Of a stretch of DNA of 64,000 nt, positions 9,283 through 16,609 are shown piece after piece. The translations under genes and the position numbers were made by a program. Below the pieces are notes generated by a model. It saw only the letters and a program-made list of their open reading frames with translations. It made no database searches and had not been told where the DNA came from. This DNA comes from Phycisphaerae bacterium (GTDB taxonomy: Bacteria > Planctomycetota > Phycisphaerae > SM23-33). Every line of letters begins with the position of its first letter. The stretch's first letter is position 1. The DNA is taken from the NCBI GenBank assembly GCA_039683615.1, contig JBDKRA010000042.1, positions 4,295-68,294 of the forward strand. Direction: 5' to 3'.

Positions 9283-10038
9283 CTATCGTGATCCTTCGTG
9301 ATGGCTGTGCGGGCCGCCCGCCGCGGGCGGGCCGCAATGATACGTGCACGGCCGGTTGACGACGACATCCTGCGGGCGCAGGTCCGGCGTAAGGCCCGCG
9401 GCCGCATAGACCGGCTTGAGCATTTCTTTCCATCGCTGCACGATCTCGCGCCATCGGGCGGTGTTGGCGGGCGTGAGACCGTAGGAGATCTTGCCGTGGG
9501 TTTTGGCCAGCAGGGTCTCCAGACCGGCCATTTTCACATCGGCCACGGCGTCGGTGTCGGCCGCCTCCAGCAGCGCCACCGCTGCCCGCGGACCGCGGCA
9601 GCGCCCCAGGCTCTTCAGGGCGTCGATGCGCACCTGCGGGTCGCCGTCCTGGACCGAGAGCTTCACCAGATCATCGACAGCCGCGTCGTCATCGAACTGC
9701 GCCATGGTCTGCGCCGCGACGATCCTCACGCGCGGATCGGCGTCGTCCAAGCCTCTGCGAACGGTGGGGCGGTGGACGTCGGGCAGGTGGCTCATGGCGG
9801 CCATTGCCACGGCGCGAACCTGCGGCGAAGGATCATTCCCCGCGGCGTAGGCCAGGGCACGCAGCGTTCCCAAGGGGCGCTCCACAGCCAACGACTCGAT
9901 CTGGGCGACGCGCTGCTCCGGGTGCTCGCCGCAGATCGAGGGCTGGGCCAGCAGAGAGCTGCAGACGGCGATCGCCGCGACGAGCCCCGCGCCCGCCAAG
10001 ACCGCTACCACCGCACGACGTGAAATGATCTGTATCAT
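9283..10038 (-). CDS. HEAT/PBS-lyase-like repeat protein with N-terminal signal/anchor
   Basis: From ATG (cat 10036-10038): MIQIISRRAVVAVLAGAGLVAAIAV... with repeated ...DPSPQVRAVAMAAM..., DDADPRVRIVAAQTM..., DGDPQVRIDALKSL... (HEAT-like DPxxRxxA repeats). Confidence 0.75.
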   Translation of the reverse strand: MIQIISRRAVVAVLAGAGLVAAIAVCSSLLAQPSICGEHPEQRVAQIESLAVERPLGTLRALAYAAGNDPSPQVRAVAMAAMSHLPDVHRPTVRRGLDDADPRVRIVAAQTMAQFDDDAAVDDLVKLSVQDGDPQVRIDALKSLGRCRGPRAAVALLEAADTDAVADVKMAGLETLLAKTHGKISYGLTPANTARWREIVQRWKEMLKPVYAAAGLTPDLRPQDVVVNRPCTYHCGPPAAGGPHSHHEGSR

Positions 10039-10212
10039 GCCCGCGCATCCTATACGGGAACGAAAACGACACCGCAACCCATTCCAGAACGGAAATCATG
10101 CCGCACCTGAAATGCCCGTGCGGCAACTATCTCAATCGGACGCGGATATTCTACAAACCGTCTTTCCGTAGCGCCAAGGACTATATTCTGAATTATTACG
10201 GTCTTGTTCTGG

Positions 10213-10265
10213 AAATGAACAAAGACAACCTCCCCCATTCGTGACATTCGAGGCGAGTTGTCTTC
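10213..10265 (-). repeat. CACGAATG-family element, partial copy D (terminator-like hairpin AGACAACCTC / GAGG..GTTGTCT)
   Basis: aaatgaacaaagacaacctcccccattcgtgacattcgaggcgagttgtct aligns position-for-position with 12612-12662 of copy A. It lies 31 nt downstream of the BlaR1-like stop (10296) in an AT-rich spacer. Confidence 0.65.
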
Positions 10266-10295
10266 AGCCGCACTTCGCGGCCTTTGACAAACACA

Positions 10296-11948
10296 CTACG
10301 GCGAAGGAACCCATCGCGTGCCGGCGGGGTTGGCCAGGCCGGGGTGGACGGAAATCTCCGGCGCCCCGCCTGGGCGAGGGGTTACCGTCAGGCCCTGATT
10401 GGTGAGGTGGTCTTTCATGGTCACGCCAGTCGCTCCGGCAGTCCATTGGACCGGCGCGTAGTTGCGTGTGCTGACGGAAGGGGCGAGCGAGGCGGCTGGG
10501 CCTACGGTCGAGAGAGTGCCTTGCCCTGCCGTGGCCACGACGGAGGGGATGGCCGACTGATCGACCGTCATCGTTTGTCGTCGGCTGGCGCCGGGCTGGT
10601 TATATTCCACGTCGAGGGTCGCCTGTCGGCCCGCCACGCTGATCACGCGAACCTTCACCTGCGGGCCCGTCAGGCTGCCATTTTGCCGATACGTGAACTG
10701 GTCGCCGGCCTTGACCTGCATGGGCGCCGGCGCGGGCTGTCCCGGCAGCGGCGCGGGTCTTGGGGCGAGCTTGGGAGCCGGCAGGGCGTGCCGCACAAAC
10801 TGCTGCGCCGCGGGCGCGGCGGGCAAAACGGGCGCCGGATCTTGTACCGGCGGCGCGACTGTTCGCTCAAGCGCCGCGACCGGGTTTGGAAGAGCGAGGC
10901 TTGACGGCGTGTAACTGGCATAGGCGGCGCCGGACAGCGCGATGGCCGCCAGCAGCGCCAGGGCCAGCAGGTCCAGTGCCCCGACGCCGGGCCGAACTTC
11001 CGGCGCGACCAGGCGGCGGATGCGATGAAAGAATGTGCCCCCGCCATCGGCGGCGACGGCCGCTGTGACGCTACGATGCGGCAGGGCCAGCCGGGCCGTC
11101 GCCGTCAGGGCCCGCGCCACGGCCGCGGCGCCCGTGGCCCGCGCGGCGATGTCGTCACAGCAGTACTCACGCTGCTGGCGGATGCGACGCGAGAGCCACC
11201 ACGCCGCGGGATGATAGAACAGCAGCGTCTCGGCCGCCGCCTGCAACAGGTTGATCAGGTAATCGTGGCGGGCGATGTGGGCCAACTCGTGCGCGAGGAT
11301 CGCCTCGAGCTGTGCCGGTGTCAGGGCCGTCACCGCCGACAGCGGCAGCAGCACCACCGGGCGCAGCCAGCCGATCACCACCGGCACGGCCACCCGCGCC
11401 GATTGCAGCACAGCCACCGCCCGGCCGACGCCCAGGCGCCGTGCCATCGCCGCCGCCGCATGCGCCAGTGATTCCCCGACGGGCCACACGTCGTGGCGCA
11501 CCAGGCCGCGGGCGTAGCGCCAGGCCCAGGCCCGCCGCGCCCCGGCCGTCATCACCCCTACCAGCCACGCCGCCACCAGCCATGGCAAGGCGGGGCGGAG
11601 CCGGCCGTTGACGTCCAGCAGCGCCTGCAAGAGGCCAGCCGCAGGCGCGGCAGCGTCCGCCGGCATGGCCGAACCTTGCGCCTCAGCCGTGCGGTGCGCC
11701 GGCGAGGGCTCGCGGGCGCTGCGCAACTGCCCCGCGCAAACCAGGGCTGTCGCGCCAGCCAGGAGAACCATCATCAGCAGCGCCGTGCAGGCCACCGCAT
11801 ATCGCAGGCGAGGGCGGGTCGGCGAGATCAGACGCAGCGCCGCTGCCGCCGCCAATACGATGACGGCGCCTTGCCACAGGGAGTGCACCAGCGCCCAGCC
11901 CAGGGCGTGGACGAGCAGGCTCGCCGTAGTTGCCCCAAGTGCGTTCAT
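10296..11948 (-). CDS. BlaR1/MecR1-type peptidase M56 family signal transducer with non-PBP C-terminal domain
   Basis: N-terminal TM helices, then the zinc-metalloprotease motif HELAHIARHD. The ATG overlaps the stop of the upstream repressor gene (ATGA at 11945-11948). The C-terminal ~250 aa are a Pro-rich linker plus a beta-rich domain with no SxxK motif. Confidence 0.85.
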   Translation of the reverse strand: MNALGATTASLLVHALGWALVHSLWQGAVIVLAAAAALRLISPTRPRLRYAVACTALLMMVLLAGATALVCAGQLRSAREPSPAHRTAEAQGSAMPADAAAPAAGLLQALLDVNGRLRPALPWLVAAWLVGVMTAGARRAWAWRYARGLVRHDVWPVGESLAHAAAAMARRLGVGRAVAVLQSARVAVPVVIGWLRPVVLLPLSAVTALTPAQLEAILAHELAHIARHDYLINLLQAAAETLLFYHPAAWWLSRRIRQQREYCCDDIAARATGAAAVARALTATARLALPHRSVTAAVAADGGGTFFHRIRRLVAPEVRPGVGALDLLALALLAAIALSGAAYASYTPSSLALPNPVAALERTVAPPVQDPAPVLPAAPAAQQFVRHALPAPKLAPRPAPLPGQPAPAPMQVKAGDQFTYRQNGSLTGPQVKVRVISVAGRQATLDVEYNQPGASRRQTMTVDQSAIPSVVATAGQGTLSTVGPAASLAPSVSTRNYAPVQWTAGATGVTMKDHLTNQGLTVTPRPGGAPEISVHPGLANPAGTRWVPSP

Positions 11949-12442
11949 TTCGACTCCGGGTCGATCTTGTCGAGCAGCCTTTCCACGCGGGCCAGTTCGG
12001 CGGCATCGAGGTCGGCCCCGTCGAGGGCCTGGAGCACCAGCGTGCGGGTCGAGCCGCCGTAAGTGCGTTTGAGGAAGTCGCCCAGGAGTTTCTGCTGCGT
12101 CTGTTCCTGCCGCACCGCGGGGCGATAGACCTGCGGCCGGATGGAATCGTCGCGGACCAGCAGACCCTTGTCGGTCATGATCTGCATGAACTTCAGGGTA
12201 GTGGTCATGCCCACGCTTGCACTGCGGCTCATCTGCTCGTTGACCTGCCGCACCGTCGCGGCCCCGAGCTGCCAGAGCACGCGCAGAATCGCCAGCTCCG
12301 CCTCGGTCGGCACGGGCGGTTGCGAGACCGGCTCGCCGCGAGTTGGTTTTCGTTTGGGCGGCATGGCGTCATTATTGCCCGCCGGCGGAGAGGAAGCAAG
12401 TTTCGCATCGTTGTCCCCGCCGAAGGTGAAAGCGTATCCCAC
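11945..12442 (-). CDS. BlaI/MecI/CopY family transcriptional repressor
   Basis: ...TEAELAILRVLWQLGAATVRQVNEQM...TTLKFMQIMTDKGLLVR... is a winged-helix pattern of the Penicillinase_R family. The listed ORF starts with GTG at 12442. ATG at 12364 (MPPKRKP...) is an alternative start. Confidence 0.85.
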   Translation of the reverse strand: MGYAFTFGGDNDAKLASSPPAGNNDAMPPKRKPTRGEPVSQPPVPTEAELAILRVLWQLGAATVRQVNEQMSRSASVGMTTTLKFMQIMTDKGLLVRDDSIRPQVYRPAVRQEQTQQKLLGDFLKRTYGGSTRTLVLQALDGADLDAAELARVERLLDKIDPESK

Positions 12443-12490
12443 CGCGTCCCCCCCCAGTTGGACGCGGCAGGAGATAGCGATTAACGAAAG

Positions 12491-12511
12491 CGTTCGTATA
12501 ATCTACGAACC
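12491..12511. promoter_or_regulatory. candidate BlaI-type operator (perfect inverted repeat CGTTCGTA-TAATC-TACGAACG)
   Basis: An 8-bp perfect arms palindrome lies 49-69 nt upstream of the repressor GTG and overlaps the predicted -10. BlaI-family repressors autoregulate through palindromic operators. Confidence 0.45.
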
Positions 12512-12528
12512 GTTTCGTGAGTCGTCAA
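12500..12528 (-). promoter_or_regulatory. candidate sigma70-type promoter of the blaI/blaR1-like operon
   Basis: On the minus strand: TTGACG (12523-12528), a 17-nt spacer, then TAGATT (12500-12505). Confidence 0.35.
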
Positions 12529-12567
12529 CCGCTTTCTGAAATATTTCTTGTGGTCTTTCTCCGCTCG

Positions 12568-12663
12568 GAGAGAACACGAATGACACGAATGGCACTAATG
12601 GGAAGATAGATGAAGAACAAAACAACTTCTCCTCATTCGTGACGTTCGCGGTAAGTTGTTTTC
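12568..12663 (-). repeat. CACGAATG-family composite element, full copy A
   Basis: Left arm gagagaacacgaatgacacgaatggcac. Right part has a perfect 10-bp stem AAAACAACTT (12619-12628) / AAGTTGTTTT (12653-12662) around a cattcgtgacgttcg core. It starts 17 nt after the stop of the creatininase-family gene. On the minus-strand RNA it reads as a stem followed by a U-rich run. Confidence 0.7.
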
Positions 12664-12679
12664 GGGGAAAACGCCCGGG

Positions 12680-13444
12680 TCAATCCGGCGCCCTGAGCCA
12701 GCCGTTGCCGCGGGGCGGTTCCTCGCCGTTGAGCCAGCGCGTGAAGAAGTCCACCAGACGCTCCGTGTGGACCTTGCCGCCTTCTGCACTGGCGCGGCCG
12801 CGAGGGTCCAGGCCCAGAATCCCGTAGCACGGGTGGCCGCGGAACTCGTCGGGCATGAAGTTCTCCGGCGTCTCGACCCGATCAGCCGGGGCCGCCCCAA
12901 GGGCGTCCATGTCCACCGTCTCGGGATGCAGGTGCAGCATGGCCGAGGTCTCCCAGTACGCCGCGTGGTCGCCGCCGACGTCGGGCACCTCGCACTCGAC
13001 GATGCTCAGGATCCGCATGGTTCCGCCGGCCTGGCGGTATGCGGCCACGCCCGGGTCCATGAACTCGCCGCGGTTGGGATAGTGGCCGCTGACAAGAATG
13101 GCCATCTTGAACCCGTCCCGCTCGAACTGCATCAGCAGGTCCTTGACGATCTCGATCATCGCCGCGGCGCCGACCATGTACGTAGCGGGATAGCAGATGT
13201 GCCCGCCGCCGCTGCCGAAGAACACCGGCGGGTACACCACCCCGCCGACGCGGGCCGCCAGCGCCACAAGCTGCTCGTGCGCCTTGATCGCGTCCAGCCC
13301 GACGGGGTTCTGCCGCCCATGCCACTCGATCGACCCAAAAGGCACATAAATCGCCGCCCGAGCCGCCTTGGCCGCCTCGATCTGCTGCGGCCGCATCCGC
13401 TCCAGCCGCACCTCGGCGGTCAACCTGTCCGAGTACGTTCCCAT
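12680..13444 (-). CDS. creatininase (creatinine amidohydrolase/ArfB/MftE) family protein
   Basis: ...IYVPFGSIEWHGRQNPVGLDAIKA...LVSGHYPN...GGDHAAYWETS... are characteristic metal-binding motifs. ATG is preceded by GAAGGAG. Confidence 0.85.
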   Translation of the reverse strand: MGTYSDRLTAEVRLERMRPQQIEAAKAARAAIYVPFGSIEWHGRQNPVGLDAIKAHEQLVALAARVGGVVYPPVFFGSGGGHICYPATYMVGAAAMIEIVKDLLMQFERDGFKMAILVSGHYPNRGEFMDPGVAAYRQAGGTMRILSIVECEVPDVGGDHAAYWETSAMLHLHPETVDMDALGAAPADRVETPENFMPDEFRGHPCYGILGLDPRGRASAEGGKVHTERLVDFFTRWLNGEEPPRGNGWLRAPD

Positions 13445-13488
13445 GTTGGCATACTCCTTCGCGCCGATTGTACGTCAGCGGCCTGGAT

Positions 13489-13590
13489 GAGAGAACACGA
13501 ATGACACGGATAGAACTTAGCGGACAAAACGAAAACCCGTTGTCAATCTGTCATTCGTTCCATTCGTGGCATTCGTGGTGAGTTGTTTCG
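13489..13590 (-). repeat. CACGAATG-family composite element, full copy B
   Basis: gagagaacacgaatgacacgg ... tgtcattcgttccattcgtggcattcgtggtgagttgtttcg. It has three tandem CATTCGT(G/T) units. The left ACGAATGACA pairs with the right TGTCATTCGT. It ends 17 nt after the stop of the URO-D-family gene at 13607. Confidence 0.7.
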
Positions 13591-13606
13591 CAGCATCGGA
13601 GATGGG

Positions 13607-14671
13607 CTACTTGCCCCGCCGATGCGCCAGGCCGTAGTTGTACGTCTCGTCGTAGAAGGCCCGCAGATTTTCGACCGGCACGTCGGCGGTGATGCCGTTG
13701 CCGGCGGTGACCATGCAGCCGCCATCGGGGCGGTCGTAGGTGTCGATCATGAACCGCACTTCGCGGCGCACGTCCTCGCTGGTGCCGCGCGGGAGGATCT
13801 GCTGCACGTCCATGCCCGTCCAGAAGCAGATGCGCCCGCCGAAGCGCTCGGCGACCTCGCGCTCGTTCATCGTGTATTTCTGGATCGGGTGGATCACGTC
13901 CAGGCCGATCTCGATGAAGTCTTCCATGAACAGCCGCACGTCGCCGCAGGTGTGCAGCCAGAAGTGCATCCCGCAGTCGTGGGCGGTCTTGATCATGCGC
14001 TGGTAGCGCGGCTTGAAGAACTCGCGGAAGACGTCGATGCCGAACATCGGCCCGGTCTGCATCCCGATGTCGTCGGTGGTGTAGACGCAGTCGACGCCGA
14101 GCTCGCCGCCGCGGCGGATCACCCCGCAGTAAAAGTCCGTCAGGGCGTCCATCAGCCGGTGCACCGGCTCAGGGTTGAGATAGAAATCGCAGAGGATGTT
14201 TTCCATCCCGCGCAGCGACCACAGCCGCTCGTACAGGCAGAACCACCAGTGAATGCCCGTGTACCGCCCGCCGGCGTTGGCGGCCAGGTGAGCGGCCGCG
14301 CCTTCGTACATCTGCGGCTGGTTGGGGTCCGGCCAGGCCGCCAGCATGTCATCGAGCATCGCCCAGTCGGTGATGGCGACGTTGGCGTCGTGCCCCTTGG
14401 CCGGACCGGACGCGGCCGGCGGCGGCGTGTGCATCCACGAATAGCCGGGAATGTGGCCGCTGTTGGCCAGGTCGTCCCAGTAGTTGGGCATGCGCGGGAT
14501 GATCTGGAAGAAGTCCTGCGGATATTCGGCCTGGATGGCCTCGACCTCGGCCGTGCGCTCTCCGAAGGCCCCGGCCCAGTTCCACTGGTGGATCATCATG
14601 GGCACGCGGCTGGGGCGGCGGTGTTCAATGGCCTTGACGACTTCATCTCGAGGCAGCGGCTGGCGGATCAT
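13607..14671 (-). CDS. URO-D/MtaA-CmuA family protein, paralogue 3
   Basis: ...VYTTDDIGMQTGPMFGIDVFREFFKPRYQRM...FWLHTCGDVRLFMEDFIEIGLDVIHPIQ... is closely parallel to paralogue 2. ATG is preceded by GGAGAG. Confidence 0.85.
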   Translation of the reverse strand: MIRQPLPRDEVVKAIEHRRPSRVPMMIHQWNWAGAFGERTAEVEAIQAEYPQDFFQIIPRMPNYWDDLANSGHIPGYSWMHTPPPAASGPAKGHDANVAITDWAMLDDMLAAWPDPNQPQMYEGAAAHLAANAGGRYTGIHWWFCLYERLWSLRGMENILCDFYLNPEPVHRLMDALTDFYCGVIRRGGELGVDCVYTTDDIGMQTGPMFGIDVFREFFKPRYQRMIKTAHDCGMHFWLHTCGDVRLFMEDFIEIGLDVIHPIQKYTMNEREVAERFGGRICFWTGMDVQQILPRGTSEDVRREVRFMIDTYDRPDGGCMVTAGNGITADVPVENLRAFYDETYNYGLAHRRGK

Positions 14672-14712
14672 TCAGACTCTCCATGGTTGCGCAGGGCAGA
14701 AAAAGGGACAGG

Positions 14713-14735
14713 CCAATTCGTGGTAAGTTGTCGAG
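14713..14735 (-). repeat. CACGAATG-family element, short remnant E
   Basis: ccaattcgtggtaagttgtcgag matches the ...attcgtg..gtaagttgt... core of copy A. It lies 8 nt after the stop of the phosphatase gene. Confidence 0.45.
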
Positions 14736-14742
14736 CCGATCC

Positions 14743-15417
14743 TCAGGGGCCCAGGACGGGCACGGGGTCGGGGATCTTCGCGATCGCGCCCCGCAGGACC
14801 AGCCTGGCGGCAACGTCGTCCATGGCCGGGTTGAGAAACTTCAGCAGGTGCTGGTGCTTAGCGGGATCCCAACCGTAATCGCAGAGTTCCTCATAGGCCT
14901 TGCTGATGGGCTTGCGTTCCACCAGCACGCGATAGGTCGCTATGACTCCGCCGGTGCGATGCGTGCCCGCGCTGCACTGGACCAGGGCCGGTTTTCCTTC
15001 GCGCCGGGCCTGCGCCAGGGCGGCCACGGCGTCGGCGTACTTGGCGATGCCCTGAACGGGATCGGCATCTCCGGGCGTGCCGTCGCCTCGCAAGGGAAAC
15101 CGCTTGAGCTCGATGCCCAGTTCATCGACGGCCTGCTTCATCGCCTGCTGCTCGTCGTCCCGGGCATCTTGACTGTAGAGGGCGATCACAACTTTGATCT
15201 TGTGCTCGGCGAGCATGTCGCGGACGAGGCCGCTGGGCAGTTCGCCGCTGCGGTAGATCCAGCCCTCTTCCACCACGCCCCAGTTTCGGGGCAGGTAGTG
15301 GTGGGCCAGCGGCTGCCACACCCCGTAATATCCACCCGCGGCCAATGCCGCCAGCGCACAAGGCAGCCACAACCAGAGCGGGACGCCCGTCCGATGCGAT
15401 CTCACTTTTTCATTCAT
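14743..15417 (-). CDS. membrane-anchored protein tyrosine/dual-specificity phosphatase
   Basis: CX5R active-site loop VQCSAGTHRTGG, with an N-terminal TM segment LWLWLPCALAALAAGGYY. Confidence 0.8.
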   Translation of the reverse strand: MNEKVRSHRTGVPLWLWLPCALAALAAGGYYGVWQPLAHHYLPRNWGVVEEGWIYRSGELPSGLVRDMLAEHKIKVVIALYSQDARDDEQQAMKQAVDELGIELKRFPLRGDGTPGDADPVQGIAKYADAVAALAQARREGKPALVQCSAGTHRTGGVIATYRVLVERKPISKAYEELCDYGWDPAKHQHLLKFLNPAMDDVAARLVLRGAIAKIPDPVPVLGP

Positions 15418-15600
15418 GCGATTTTCCTGAATGAGAACGTCTGGAGGGCCCCTCGATATCGTGATAAATGATATCGCCTTGGCCCGCCTATTGCGACCTT
15501 TACCTCTAGCCTTCCGGGCCTTGCCATGCAGGCCGCCCGCCCCCCGGGGGCACTACAATTCTCAAGGGCCGGTTCTTGATCTTCCATGGGAGGGACTGTC

Positions 15601-16584
15601 ATGGCTATGGCAACACAGATTGTGCAGAAAACGATGAAGGCCATCACGATTGACCAGTTTGGCGGCATCGACGAACTCAAGCCCGTCACGCTGAGCGTGC
15701 CGGCGATCCTCGACGACGAGATTCTGATTCGCGTCGAGTCGGCCGGCGTGGGCGTGTGGGACCCGTTTGAACGAGAAGGCGGCTTTGCCGACATGCTCGG
15801 CATCAAGCCCAAGTTCCCCTACGTTATCGGCACTGAAGGCGCCGGAACGATAGCGGCAATCGGGCGCAGCGTCGATCAGACGAAGTTCAAAGAGGGCGAC
15901 CGCGTCTACGCCGCCAGCCTGGCCAATCCCAAAGGCGGATTCTATGCCGAGTTCGCGGCCGTCAAGGCCGAGAACGTTTCGCACATTCCCGGCGAGTTGA
16001 CGACCCTTCAGGCCGGGGCGCTGGCCATCGACGCGATCACGGCCTTGCAGGGCCTGGACCTGCTGGACCTCAAGCGCGGCCAGTCGGTGCTGATCTTCGG
16101 CGCCAGCGGCGGCATTGGGCACCTGGCCGTTCAGTTCGCCAGGCGGATGGGCCTGCGAGTGCTGGCGGCGGCCTCGGGCGACGACGGCGTCGAGCTCGTC
16201 CAGCGCCTCGGGGCTGATTGGGTCCTCGACGGCCACAAGGGCGACGTGGCCGAGGCCGCTGGCAAGCTCGTCCCCGGCGGGCTCGACGGCGCGCTGCTGA
16301 CAGCCGGCGGCGAGGCGGCCGAACGGGCGCTCGAGATCGTCCGCCAAGGCGGGCGCGTGGCGTATCCCAACGGCGTCGAGCCCGTGCCGCAGCCGCGCAG
16401 CGGCCTGACGTTCCAGAGCTACGACGGCCTGATCGACCGCCAGACCATCGACCGGATCAACCGCCTGGTCGAGGCCGGCTCTTTCGACGTGTGCATTGCC
16501 CACGCGTTCCCGCTGGAGCAGGCCGCCGACGCCCACCGAGCCCTCGAGGCCCACTTCCTGGGCAAGATCGTCCTGGTGCCGTGA
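15601..16584 (+). CDS. NADPH:quinone oxidoreductase / zinc-type alcohol dehydrogenase (MDR) family protein
   Basis: ...MKAITIDQFGG...PYVIGTEGAGTI...VLIFGASGGIGHLAVQFA... (Rossmann GxxGxxG). ATG 15601 has GGAGG 7 nt upstream. ATGs at 15586 and 15634 are alternatives. Confidence 0.8.
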   Translation: MAMATQIVQKTMKAITIDQFGGIDELKPVTLSVPAILDDEILIRVESAGVGVWDPFEREGGFADMLGIKPKFPYVIGTEGAGTIAAIGRSVDQTKFKEGDRVYAASLANPKGGFYAEFAAVKAENVSHIPGELTTLQAGALAIDAITALQGLDLLDLKRGQSVLIFGASGGIGHLAVQFARRMGLRVLAAASGDDGVELVQRLGADWVLDGHKGDVAEAAGKLVPGGLDGALLTAGGEAAERALEIVRQGGRVAYPNGVEPVPQPRSGLTFQSYDGLIDRQTIDRINRLVEAGSFDVCIAHAFPLEQAADAHRALEAHFLGKIVLVP

Positions 16585-16590
16585 AAAAGG

Positions 16591-16609
16591 GGTGGGCGAG
16601 ATGCCCGTG
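16591..16609. repeat. GC-rich hairpin repeat (GGGCG-AGA-xGCCC family), single degenerate copy
   Basis: ggtgggcgagatgcccgtg lies between the convergent stops at 16584 and 16610. Confidence 0.5.

Noticed and set aside
10050-10247. Small ORFs in the AT-rich spacer downstream of the BlaR1-like gene. One is the listed 65-aa minus-strand ORF. The other is an unlisted 48-aa plus-strand ORF at 10098-10244 (MPHLKCPCGNYLNRT...).
   Set aside because: Neither has a convincing ribosome-binding site or coding-type GC3 bias. Both overlap the repeat element and the start of the HEAT-repeat gene. More likely this is non-coding spacer carrying a terminator-like repeat.
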